Shown here piece by piece: positions 53,780-64,000 of a stretch of DNA of 64,000 nt. Numbering within the stretch: the stretch's first letter is position 1; each line of letters opens with the position of its first letter. Below the pieces are notes generated by a model that saw only the letters and a program-made list of their open reading frames with translations, was not told the origin of the DNA and did no database searches. A program made the translations under genes and the position numbers. Source of the DNA: Octopus sinensis (taxonomy: Eukaryota); NCBI RefSeq assembly GCF_006345805.1, contig NC_043017.1, positions 16,554,001 through 16,618,000 of the forward strand, read 5' to 3'.

Positions 53780-54045
53780 TGCAGGAGTGGCTGTGTGGTA
53801 AGTAGCTTGCTTACCAACCACATGGTTCCGGGTTCAGTCCCACTGCATGGCATCTTGGGCAAGTGTCTTCTGCTATAGCCCCGGGCCGACCAATACCTTG
53901 TGAGTGGATTTGGTAGACGGAAACTGAAAGAAGCCTGTCGTATATATGTATATATATTTGTGTGTCTGTGTTTGTCCCCCAACATCGCTTGACAACCGAT
54001 GCTGGTGTGTTTACGTCCCCGTAACTTAGTGATTTGGCAAAAGAC
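53780..54045 (+). mobile_element. 3'-truncated tRNA-derived SINE
   Basis: Same head and body as 46783. Confidence 0.85.
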
Positions 54046-54129
54046 CTCAGAAATAATAGTCTCACTGTAACCACACTTTCAATAAGAACCAGAGCCCTTC
54101 AGATTGCTCCAAACTTGTGCAATTTAAAT

Positions 54130-55100
54130 TCTCAGCAGGATGGTGTACCAGATTTATGAATAGATATGGATTGACAAATACGCTAAAAAACTCATATCAC
54201 TCAAAAACTGCCAAAAAAATTTTGATGAAAAAATTCATAATTTTGCAAAGTTTGTTCTGAAGGAGCTTAAAATGTCTGAGTTCTCCCTAGAAAATATTGG
54301 AAATATGGATGAAACTCCCATGTATTTTGAAATGTCAGGAAAAACTGCTGTAGACAGAGTGGGAAACAAAACTGTTAAAGTAAAAACTTCAGGGCATGAG
54401 AAACAATGTTTTAGTGTTGTGCTGGTCTGTCAAGCTGATGGAAAAAGCTTTGTTCAATGGTTATCTTCAAAAGGAAGAATATGCCAAAGGATTCCTTTCC
54501 ACCAGATGTTATTATGAAAGTACATCCTAAGGGACGAAAGCTTAACAAATGTTTGGTTGGATGAAGTTTGGATGTAAAGACCAGGGGCCTTACTCAAACC
54601 CAGAAGTCTTCTTACATGTTTAACTCACACTGCCGTGAGTCCATGAAGGTGTAAATTGAAGGAATATGAACAAGGCAAGCGGTCATTCCCGGTGGTTGCA
54701 CTTCTCTTTGGCAGCCACTTGATGTTTCAGTGAATAAATTGTGGACGTCTTGGATGATATCTGGTGAAAAGGAATTTTCTAAAGGTGGCCTGGATTGAAA
54801 AGACCTGGATTGAGATCAGTAGTAGAATGGGTGAAGAAAACCTGGGACAGTATCCCTGAAGAAAAAATGTGGCATCTCAAATGCTATGGATGGCATTGAA
54901 GACGATGTGACGTATGAGGGTTTGGCTGAATCAAGCACAGAAAAAACAGAGAATGAGGATGGAGATGAACATACTACAACTGATGATGAGCTGAACGACT
55001 ATTATGACCTGGCCACTGATGACCACCACACAGGAACTGATGGACAAACGAAAAGACTGTTTGACAGGGATAATGATAGAGAAGAAGTTTTGGGTTTCAA
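54130..55100 (+). mobile_element. pogo/Tigger-type DDE transposase relic
   Basis: IGNMDETPMYFEM...KTSGHEKQCFSVVL.CQADGK and AVIPGGCTSLWQPLDVSVNK. Confidence 0.85.
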
Positions 55101-55110
55101 TTTTGATAGC

Positions 55111-58100
55111 ACCATCCGAGTGTGATCGTTGCCAGAGCGGCTATCTGGCCTCTGTGCCAGTGGCACATAAAAGACACCATCCGAGTGTGATCGTTGCCAG
55201 AGCGGCTATCTGGCCTCTGTGCCAGTGGCACATAAAAGACACCATCCGAGTGTGATCGTTGCCAGAGCGGCTATCTGGCCTCTGTGCCAGTGGCACATAA
55301 AAGACACCATCCGAGTGTGATCGTTGCCAGAGCGGCTATCTGGCCTCTGTGCCAGTGGCACATAAAAGACACCATCCGAGTGTGATCGTTGCCAGAGCGG
55401 CTATCTGGCCTCTGTGCTGGTGGCACGTAAAAGACACCATTCGAGTGTGATCGTTGCCAGAGCGGCTATCTGGCCTCTGTGCCAGTGGCACGTAAAAGAC
55501 ACCATCCGAGCGTGATCGTTGCCAGAGCGGCTATCTGGCCTCTGTGCCAGTGGCACATAAAAGACACCATCCGAGCGTGATCGTTGCCAGAGCGGCTATC
55601 TGGCCTCTGTGCTGGTGGCACGTAAAAGACACCATTCGAGTGTGATCGTTGCCAGAGCGGCTATCTGGCCTCTGTGCCAGTGGCACGTAAAAGACACCAT
55701 CCGAGCGTGATCGTTGCCAGAGCGGCTATCTGGCCTCTGTGCCAGTGGCACATAAAAGACACCATCCGAGCGTGATCGTTGCCAGAGCGGCTATCTGGCC
55801 TCTGTGCTGGTGGCACGTAAAAGACACCATTCGAGTGTGATCGTTGCCAGAGCGGCTATCTGGCCTCCGTGCCAGTGGCACGTAAAAGACACCATCCGAG
55901 CGTGATCGTTGCCAGAGCGGCTATCTGGCCTCCGTGCCAGTGGCACGTAAAAGACACCATCCGAGCGTGATCGTTGCCAGAGCGGCTATCTGGCCTCCGT
56001 GCCAGTGGCACGTAAAAGACACCATCCGAGTGTGATCGTTGCCAGAGCGGCTATCTGGCCTCTGTGCCAGTGGCACATAAAAGACACCATCCGAGCGTGA
56101 TCGTTGCCAGAGCGGCTATCTGGCCTCCGTGCCAGTGGCACGTAAAAGACACCATCCGAGTGTGATCGTTGCCAGAGCGGCTATCTGGCCTCTGTGCCAG
56201 TGGCACATAAAAGACACCATCCGAGTGTGATCGTTGCCAGAGCGGCTATCTGGCCTCTGTGCCAGTGGCACGTAAAAGACACCATCCGAGCGTGATCATT
56301 GCCAGAGCGGCTATCTGGCCTCTGTGCCAGTGGCACGTAAAAGACACCATCCGAGCGTGATCGTTGCCAGAGCGGCTATCTGGCCTCTGTGCCAGTGGCA
56401 CGTAAAAGACACCATCCGAGCGTGATCGTTGCCAGAGCGGCTATCTGGCCTCTGTGCCAGTGGCACATAAAAGACACCATCCGAGTGTGATCGTTGCCAG
56501 AGCGGCTATCTGGCCTCTGTGCTGGTGGCACGTAAAAGACACCATCCGAGTGTGATCGTTGCCAGAGCGGCTATCTGGCCTCTGTGCTGGTGGCACGTAA
56601 AAGACACCATCCGAGCGTGATCGTTGCCAGAGCGGCTATCTGGCCTCTGTGCCAGTGGCACGTAAAAGACACCATTCGAGTGTGATCGTTGCCAGAGCGG
56701 CTATCTGGCCTCTGTGCCAGTGGCACGTAAAAGACACCATCCGAGCGTGATCGTTGCCAGAGCGGCTATCTGGCCTCTGTGCCAGTGGCACGTAAAAGAC
56801 ACCATTCGAGTGTGATCGTTGCCAGAGCGGCTATCTGGCCTCTGTGCCAGTGGCACGTAAAAGACACCATTCGAGTGTGATCGTTGCCAGAGCGGCTATC
56901 TGACCTCTGTGCCAGTGGCACGTAAAAGACACCATTCGAGTGTGATCGTTGCCAGAGCGGCTATCTGGCCTCTGTGCCAGTGGCACGTAAAAGACACCAT
57001 TCGAGTGTGATCGTTGCCAGAGCGGCTATCTGGCCTCTGTGCTGGTGGCACGTAAAAGACACCATTCGAGTGTGATCGTTGCCAGAGCGGCTATCTGGCC
57101 TCTGTGCCAGTGGCACGTAAAAGACACCATTCGAGTGTGATCGTTGCCAGAGCGGCTATCTGGCCTCTGTGCTGGTGGCACGTAAAAGACACCATTCGAG
57201 TGTGATCGTTGCCAGAGCGGCTATCTGGCCTCTGTGCCAGTGGCACGTAAAAGACACCATTCGAGTGTGATCGTTGCCAGAGCGGCTATCTGACCTCTGT
57301 GCCAGTGGCACGTAAAAGACACCATCCGAGCGTGATCGTTGCCAGAGCGGCTATCTGGCCTCTGTGCCAGTGGAACGTAAAAGACACCATTCGAGTGTGA
57401 TCGTTGCCAGAGCGGCTATCTGGCCTCTGTGCCAGTGGCACGTAAAAGACACCATTCGAGTGTGATCGTTGCCAGAGCGGCTATCTGACCTCTGTGCCAG
57501 TGGCACGTAAAAGACACCATCCGAGCGTGATCGTTGCCAGAGCGGCTATCTGGCCTCTGTGCCAGTGGCACGTAAAAGACACCATCCGAGCGTGATCGTT
57601 GCCAGAGCGGCTATCTGGCCTCTGTGCCAGTGGCACGTAAAAGACACCATTCGAGTGTGATCGTTGCCAGAGCGGCTATCTGACCTCTGTGCCAGTGGCA
57701 CGTAAAAGACACCATTCGAGTGTGATCGTTGCCAGAGCGGCTATCTGGCCTCTGTGCCAGTGGCACGTAAAAGACACCATCCGAGCGTGATCGTTGCCAG
57801 AGCGGCTATCTGGCCTCTGTGCCAGTGGCACGTAAAAGACACCATTCGAGTGTGATCGTTGCCAGAGCGGCTATCTGGCCTCTGTGCCAGTGGCACATAA
57901 AAGGCACCATTCGAGTGTGATCGTTGCCAGAGCGGCTATCTGGCCTCTGTGCCAGTGGCACGTAAAAGACACCATTCGAGTGTGATCGTTGCCAGAGCGG
58001 CTATCTGGCCTCTGTGCCAGTGGCACATAAAAGACACCATCCGAGCGTGATCGTTGCCAGAGCGGCTATCTGGCCTCTGTGCCAGTGGCACGTAAAAGAC

Positions 58101-59420
58101 ACCATCCGAGCGTGATCGTTGCCAGAGCGGCTATCTGGCCTCTGTGCCAGTGGCACGTAAAAGACACCATTCGAGTGTGATCGTTGCCAGAGCGGCTATC
58201 TGGCCTCTGTGCCAGTGGCACATAAAAGGCACCATTCGAGTGTGATCGTTGCCAGAGCGGCTATCTGGCCTCTGTGCCAGTGGCACGTAAAAGACACCAT
58301 TCGAGTGTGATCGTTGCCAGAGCGGCTATCTGGCCTCTGTGCCAGTGGCACATAAAAGACACCATCCGAGCGTGATCGTTGCCAGAGCGGCTATCTGGCC
58401 TCTGTGCCAGTGGCACGTAAAAGACACCATTCGAGTGTGATCGTTGCCAGAGCGGCTATCTGGCCTCTGTGCCAGTGGCACATAAAAGGCACCATTCGAG
58501 TGTGATCGTTGCCAGAGCGGCTATCTGGCCTCTGTGCCAGTGGCACGTAAAAGACACCATTCGAGTGTGATCGTTGCCAGAGCGGCTATCTGGCCTCTGT
58601 GCCAGTGGCACGTAAAAGACACCATTCGAGTGTGATCGTTCCCAGAGCGGCTATCTGGCCTCTGTGCCAGTGGCACATAAAAGGCACCATTCGAGTGTGA
58701 TCGTTGCCAGAGCGGCTATCTGACCTCTGTGCCAGTGGCACGTAAAAGACACCATTCGAGTGTGATCGTTGCCAGAGCGGCTATCTGGCCTCTGTGCTGG
58801 TGGCACGTAAAAGACACCATCCGAGTGTGATCGTTGCCAGAGCGGCTATCTGGCCTCTGTGCTGGTGGCACGTAAAAGACACCATCCGAGTGTGATCGTT
58901 GCCAGAGCGGCTATCTGGCCTCTGTGCAGGTGGCACGTAAAAGACACCATCAGAGTGTGATCGTTGCCAGAGCGGCTATCTGGCCTCTGTGCCAGTGGCA
59001 CGTAAAAGACACCATCCGAGCGTGATCGTTGCCAGAGCGGCTATCTGACCTCTGTGCCAGTGGCACGTAAAAGACACCATTCGAGTGTGATCGTTGCCAG
59101 AGCGGCTATCTGGCCTCTGTGCCAGTGGCACGTAAAAGACACCATCCGAGCGTGATCGTTGCCAGAGCGGCTATCTGGCCTCTGTGCCAGTGGCACGTAA
59201 AAGACACCATTCGAGTGTGATCGTTGCCAGAGCGGCTATCTGACCTCTGTGCTGGTGGCACGTAAAAGACACCATTCGAGTGTGATCGTTGCCAGAGCGG
59301 CTATCTGGCCTCTGTGCCAGTGGCACGTAAAAGACACCATTCGAGTGTGATCGTTGCCAGAGCGGCTATCTGGCCTCTGTGCTGGTGGCACGTAAAAGAC
59401 ACCATTCGAGCGTGATCGTT
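55111..59420 (+). repeat. 65-bp tandem array, 66 complete units plus a partial unit, inside an RTE 3' UTR insertion
   Basis: Unit ACCATYCGAGYGTGATCGTTGCCAGAGCGGCTATCTGRCCTCYGTGCYRGTGGCACRTAAAAGAC; (59401-55111)/65 = 66 exactly. Confidence 0.97.
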
Positions 59421-59676
59421 ACCAGCATTGCCTTACTGGCACCTGTGCCAGTGGCATGTGTAAAAGATTCGAGCGAGGTCACTGCCAGTACCGCCTGACA
59501 GGCCCCTGTGCCAGTGGCACATAAAAGCACCCACTACACTCTCGGAGTGGTTGGCGTTAGGAAGGGCATCCAGCCGTAGAAACTCTGCCAGATCAGATTG
59601 GAGTCTGGTTCGCCAGTCCTCAGTCAATCGTCCAACCCATGCTAGCATGGAAAGCGGGCGTTAAACGATGATGATG
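59420..59676 (+). mobile_element. RTE 3' UTR terminus downstream of the array
   Basis: GCACCCACTACACTCTCGGAGTGG...CATGCTAGCATGGAAAGCGG...GATGATGATGA. Confidence 0.9.
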
Positions 59677-60309
59677 AAACACTTTTCTTATGTAACGTAT
59701 TTTTCTGTTCTGTTTGTAATTCTAGACATTTTTCTCGTTAAGTTGATACTTATTGATTTTTTTTGTGGATTTAATTTATCAATTAGACTACTTTCATGAA
59801 GTCACTTCCACAAAATGTTTTAATATTTGTAAGCAAAGTTTTGAAATAAAGGTTAATATTTGATAATATTTAACAAATATTAGTTATATTTGCATTAAAA
59901 AAGGGCAATAAAACTCGCCAGATTAGAGTTTTGCCTATTTGTGAGTCAACTGCAAATACCTACTTTGACAACCCAAACTAAGGGTGTAGCCTACCCACTG
60001 GTGTGACCTATTTGCAAGTATATACAGTACAGGAAATTAAGAAATGATCTCTTAAAGTTAATTTACCTTTTTAGAGGGAAAAAGCTGATCTTTTTGCAGG
60101 CCATAGTGAAATTTTCTATGGACATAGAAAATTAACAGAACCAAATCTAGTCTGAAGAGGATTATATTCTCTTTTTTGAGAATTTTTCAACTGTAGAATT
60201 TTTTTGCAACTCTTCACAAGATTTAATGTTTGAAAAAATACATAAAAGAAAAACAGCTTAATTAAGAAAATATATATACTAATGTATTTTAATCCTTATT
60301 CAATTTCAG

Positions 60310-60409
60310 AAATTGAAAAATACAGCTGTTTTTGGTGTAGTTGAGGGTGGCTTTTTGAAGAGGGAACGAGAAAGGTCAGCAAAAAATACAGCAGCCAGAG
60401 CTGTTCAAG
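60310..60409 (+). CDS. QTRT2: QTRT2 coding exon 6
   Basis: KLKNTAVFGVVEGGFLKRERERSAKNTAARAVQ(G) matches IIGVIEGG...ER.RSA.ETA.R.V.G. Confidence 0.92.
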
Positions 60410-60429
60410 GTAAGAAAAAGAATTAGCAG

Positions 60430-61640
60430 TAATGTGGTGGTGGTGGTGGTGGTAGCAGGGAAGGGTATCAGACTGCCGGAAGGGAAGCTTGGAGGCAGGT
60501 TTATTTAGCCAGAGGGGAAGCAGATAAGAAAAAATTTGCCAATGTTCTGTGTCATGAAGACCAAAGACTTGAGGTATTTCGTGTTGCAAGACAGTGTGTG
60601 AGAGAGAATCGTGACGTGGTAGGAGGGAAATGTGTTCGCATGGATGATGGTTCACTTGCGCTAAATGAGGATGCAAAGAGAGAAGTTTGGAGAAGCCACT
60701 ATGAAAGGTTGCTAAATAAAGAAAATGAATGGGATAAAGAGAGTCTGCCGAATGTCGACCCAACAGAGGGAGCAGCTATCCGAGTTGACAGTACCTTGGT
60801 AGATAAGGCAATTAGAAGTATGAAGACAGGGAAAGCCCCACGTCCATCGGGAATCACTGCAGAGATGCTCAAAATATCTGGTAGTGTCAGCTATAGCCTA
60901 GTCACCTGTATAGTTAACCAGGTGATACACGAAGGAGTCATTCCCAATGACTGGTATAGCAGCATAATAGTCAACTGCTACAAAGGTAAAGGTGACGCTT
61001 TAGATACAAATAATTACAGAAGTATCAAGCTGTTGGATCAGGTAATGAAGGTTATGGAGAGGGTCATAGACCAACTGATTAGGGAGAGAGTCAGCTTGGA
61101 TGAGATGCAGTTTGGTTTCGTGCCAGGGAAAAGCACCACTGATACCATATTTCTGGTAAGACAGCTGCAGGAGAAATACCTAGCCAAAGATAAGCCCCTG
61201 TACCTGGCTTTCGTTGGCATTGAGAAAGCCTTTGACAGGGTCCCCCGATCCTTTATCTGGTGGTCATTGAGGAAACTAGGGATAGATGAATGGTTAGTGA
61301 GAGCTGTGCAAGCCATGTACAGGGACGCTGTAAGTAAGGTGAGGGTTGGCAACGAGTACGCTGAAGAATTCAGGGTAGGGGTAGGGGTCCGCCAAGGTTC
61401 AGTCCTCAGCTCCCTCCTATTTATCATAGTCCTCCAGGCAATAGCAGTGGAATTCAAGACAGGATGCCCCTGAGAGCTCCTCTATGCTGATGACCTTGCT
61501 CTGATTGCTGAGTCGCTATCAGAACTAGAGGAGAAGTTTCAAGTGTGGAAACAAGGATTAGAATCGAAGGGCTTTAGAGTCAACCTAGCTAAAACCAAAG
61601 TCCTAATAAGTAGGAAGGCAGGCAAACCACAAATCCCTTC
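60430..61640 (+). mobile_element. RTE LINE reverse-transcriptase fragment
   Basis: ORF 60598-61473 (KAPRPSGI...NYRSIKLL...QFGFVPGKST...EKAFDRVP...GVRQGSVLS). A TGA replaces W just before ELLYADDL. Confidence 0.93.
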
Positions 61641-62028
61641 AGGGATTTGTTTAACCAAGTAATAATACACAATTACAACATATGAATAAATAATAGATAA
61701 AAAAAATGTGAAAACCACTAAAAAATATTCTCTAATGCCAATACATGACCATCTAAATTAAAAAAGTATGGAAGACCCTACATACAAAAAAAAAACAATT
61801 TTGTACATACAAAGAATTAGAAAATGCCTTGTACTATATATATTCTATAATCTTTCTTGCAAGGGAGGTCATTCAACTATTTGGCTGCATAGACCACTAC
61901 AATAGCAACCATTGAGTTGTGCTGCCTTCCTTCTTTTCTTGAAAATAATCAAGAGTGTTGCTTTCCTCCTTTGCCGAAGCGAAGTAAATATATTTTTCTA
62001 ATTGGATTTGTTGTATTTTCATTTACAG

Positions 62029-62117
62029 GTTTTGTGATCGAAGGGCTGCATCGCTCCGGTGTCACATCCGAAAGTGTTACAACCGAGAAAATGAACGAAG
62101 TGTTAAGTCATGTGATT
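62029..62117 (+). CDS. QTRT2: QTRT2 coding exon 7
   Basis: (G)FVIEGLHRSGVTSESVTTEKMNEVLSHVI, with a CAG acceptor and GTGAGA donor. Confidence 0.82.
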
Positions 62118-62576
62118 GTGAGACCCTCATTTTTTGACCCTGTATATTAGGGGGTGGGTGGGGGTGGGGGGAAACCCCATCACTCATGCATGGAATTTCA
62201 GCCATATTCAAATTTGAAATCACCAACTGATGAGATTTAAAATACATAGGAAAAAAATAAGAAGAAAGATTTAAAACAATAAGAGTAATTTAACAGACGT
62301 TTGCACTTGTAATTGAATTCTCCTACTAAAATGGTTCCCCTACCTTTGCTTCTGTGGCTAGTGGTTGTTTTATCACCAGTTAGCTCCGATCAAGTAGATC
62401 TATGATTAGAATGTTCCACAAATGACTATTCTCTCTTTTATTTAGGCCAAATATGGTGTATCTAAAAGGGTAAAGGAAAACGGTGTATCTAGTACTTCAT
62501 TATTCAATCTTTTATCTATTATTTGTTTCGGTCATTAGACTGTAGCCATGCTGAGGAATTGCTTTGAAGACTTTCA

Positions 62577-63025
62577 TCATCATCATCATCATCATCATCA
62601 TCGTTTAACGTCTGCTTTCCATGCTGGCATGGGTTGGACGATTTTGACTGAGGACTGGCGAACCAGATAACTGCACCAGGCTCCAATCTTGATCTGGCAG
62701 AGTTTCTACAGCTTGATGCCCTTCCTAACGCCAACCACTCCGAGAGTGTAGTGGGTGCTTTTTACGTGCCATTGGCACAGGGGCCAGTCAGGTGCTACTG
62801 GCAACGACCTCACTCAAATCTTTTTACACATGCCACTGGCACAGGTGCCAGTAAGGGGACGTTGGTAACGATCACGCTCGAATGGTGCGGGGGCCAGTCA
62901 GGCAGTACTAGCAATGACCTCGCTCGAATCTTTTTACACATGCCACCGGCACAGGTGCCAGTAAGGCAACGTTGGTAATGATCACGCTCGGATGGTGCCC
63001 TTTTACGTACCACCGGCATGGAAGG
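62577..63025 (-). mobile_element. RTE 3' UTR fragment with several diverged ~65-bp internal repeats
   Basis: (CAT)n tail on the plus strand; repeats CGTTGGTAAYGATCACGCTCGRATGGTGC. Confidence 0.88.
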
Positions 63026-63361
63026 CCAAACTTTAGCGCTCATGTTATTTAAATGTCCTGGAAACTATGTCAAAGATGCAGAATAACATATTTTCTCAAA
63101 TTATGAAAATGTGCCACCAGTGGCGCATACAGTGGTTGAGTGAAGATTGTGATGAACCACTGGTGGCACATGTGGCAGTTAACATCTTTATAATTTATTG
63201 GGATTGTTTTTTTTTTTTTTAAGAATAATTTTTCAACCATTTCCCTATGTTTGGATGGGTGTAGATATGTTCTGGATTTTTGTTGCCTAGCCTTTACTAA
63301 TCTATGATTATAGGCAATCCAACCATGACTATCCCATGACTCTAGATTTTGTGCATCCATA

Positions 63362-63488
63362 AAGAGACCGATAGAATAAGTACTGGGCTTACAAAGAATA
63401 AGTCCCGGGGTCGAGTTGCTCGATTAAAGGCGGTGCTCCAGCATGGCCGCAGTCAAATGACTGAAACAAGTAAAAGAGTAAAAGAGAA
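63362..63488 (+). mobile_element. 3' portion of a tRNA-derived SINE
   Basis: AAGAGACCGATAGAATAAGTAC...AAGTAAAAGAGTAAAAGAG. Confidence 0.85.
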
Positions 63489-63992
63489 AGATGTCATCTA
63501 GTGTGTCTTTCTTTTTTTTTTTTTAAGGTGGTATGGTATTATTTGAGGTGGTTATCCCTAATTAATTGAGTGATCACCCAAAGGGCCCCACAGCGGATCA
63601 TTCTAATGTTTGTTATCCTGGGTTGTCATTTGTTTTATAAATAGATAGGACTGTACCCATTATTTTTATGGGCTGTCCCAGACTGGGGATGTGGTTGATC
63701 CCATTCTTGAATATCTACAGATCATGTCTGTATAAAAAAATACGAGATAGGGAGGGACGCAGAGCCTTAGTCCAGATGCTTGCTACAGAATGAACTCTGT
63801 CAAAGAACCTGATGACCAGGTTGTAATTGGTGCTCAGTGAAGCCTGCTATTTACTGGGCATGTCCTCAATATAACAGATTTCTGTTCTTTAGCTCCGTTA
63901 ATTCATAAATTTTATTTTTCTTCCTATTGGTTTAAAAAAAAATTTATTGTAAATTATTTCAATGGTGTGTCTTTTTTTATGTCTTTTAACAG

Positions 63993-64000
63993 AGCAATTT
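63993..64000 (+). CDS. QTRT2: Probable start of QTRT2 coding exon 8 (runs off the window)
   Basis: Polypyrimidine tract plus AACAG acceptor, and phase-0 AGC AAT fits the expected position. Only 8 nt are visible. Confidence 0.4.

Noticed and set aside
55111-59420. CRISPR-like array of palindromic repeats
   Set aside because: Units are contiguous with no unique spacers, no cas genes are present, the context is a eukaryotic intron, and the unit derives from an RTE 3' UTR.

Overview
AT-rich eukaryotic DNA, most likely an octopus genome. This is inferred from the (GAT)n-tailed RTE LINEs, tRNA-derived SINEs with AAAAGAGT tails and MENELCE-type C2H2 genes; it is not proven. Positions 1-22.2 kb are a recent tandem segmental array of four minus-strand C2H2 zinc-finger genes: one with 15 fingers, one frameshifted, one with a nonsense mutation and one with 10 fingers. 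Each full unit also carries a decayed Ty3/Gypsy RNaseH-integrase segment, and one unit has a solo LTR with a visible empty site in a sister unit. A fifth, divergent ZNF gene lies at 25.3-26.3 kb, next to a palindromic tRNA-headed element with a minimal hammerhead ribozyme motif. Positions 26.9-41.5 kb are mostly transposon debris (L1/Tx1-like ORF1, CR1, RTE, Helitron, MITEs, SINEs) plus an orphan, divergent histone-H1-like ORF with a canonical histone stem-loop. An intronless MRPL30 (minus strand) sits head-to-head with a multi-exon QTRT2 gene (plus strand; 7 coding exons reconstructed by hand and the start of an eighth). A QTRT2 intron contains 66 indel-free copies of a 65-bp hairpin-rich unit amplified from an RTE 3' UTR. 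No CRISPR array, rRNA or true tRNA gene was found. TE boundaries are approximate unless terminal motifs are cited.
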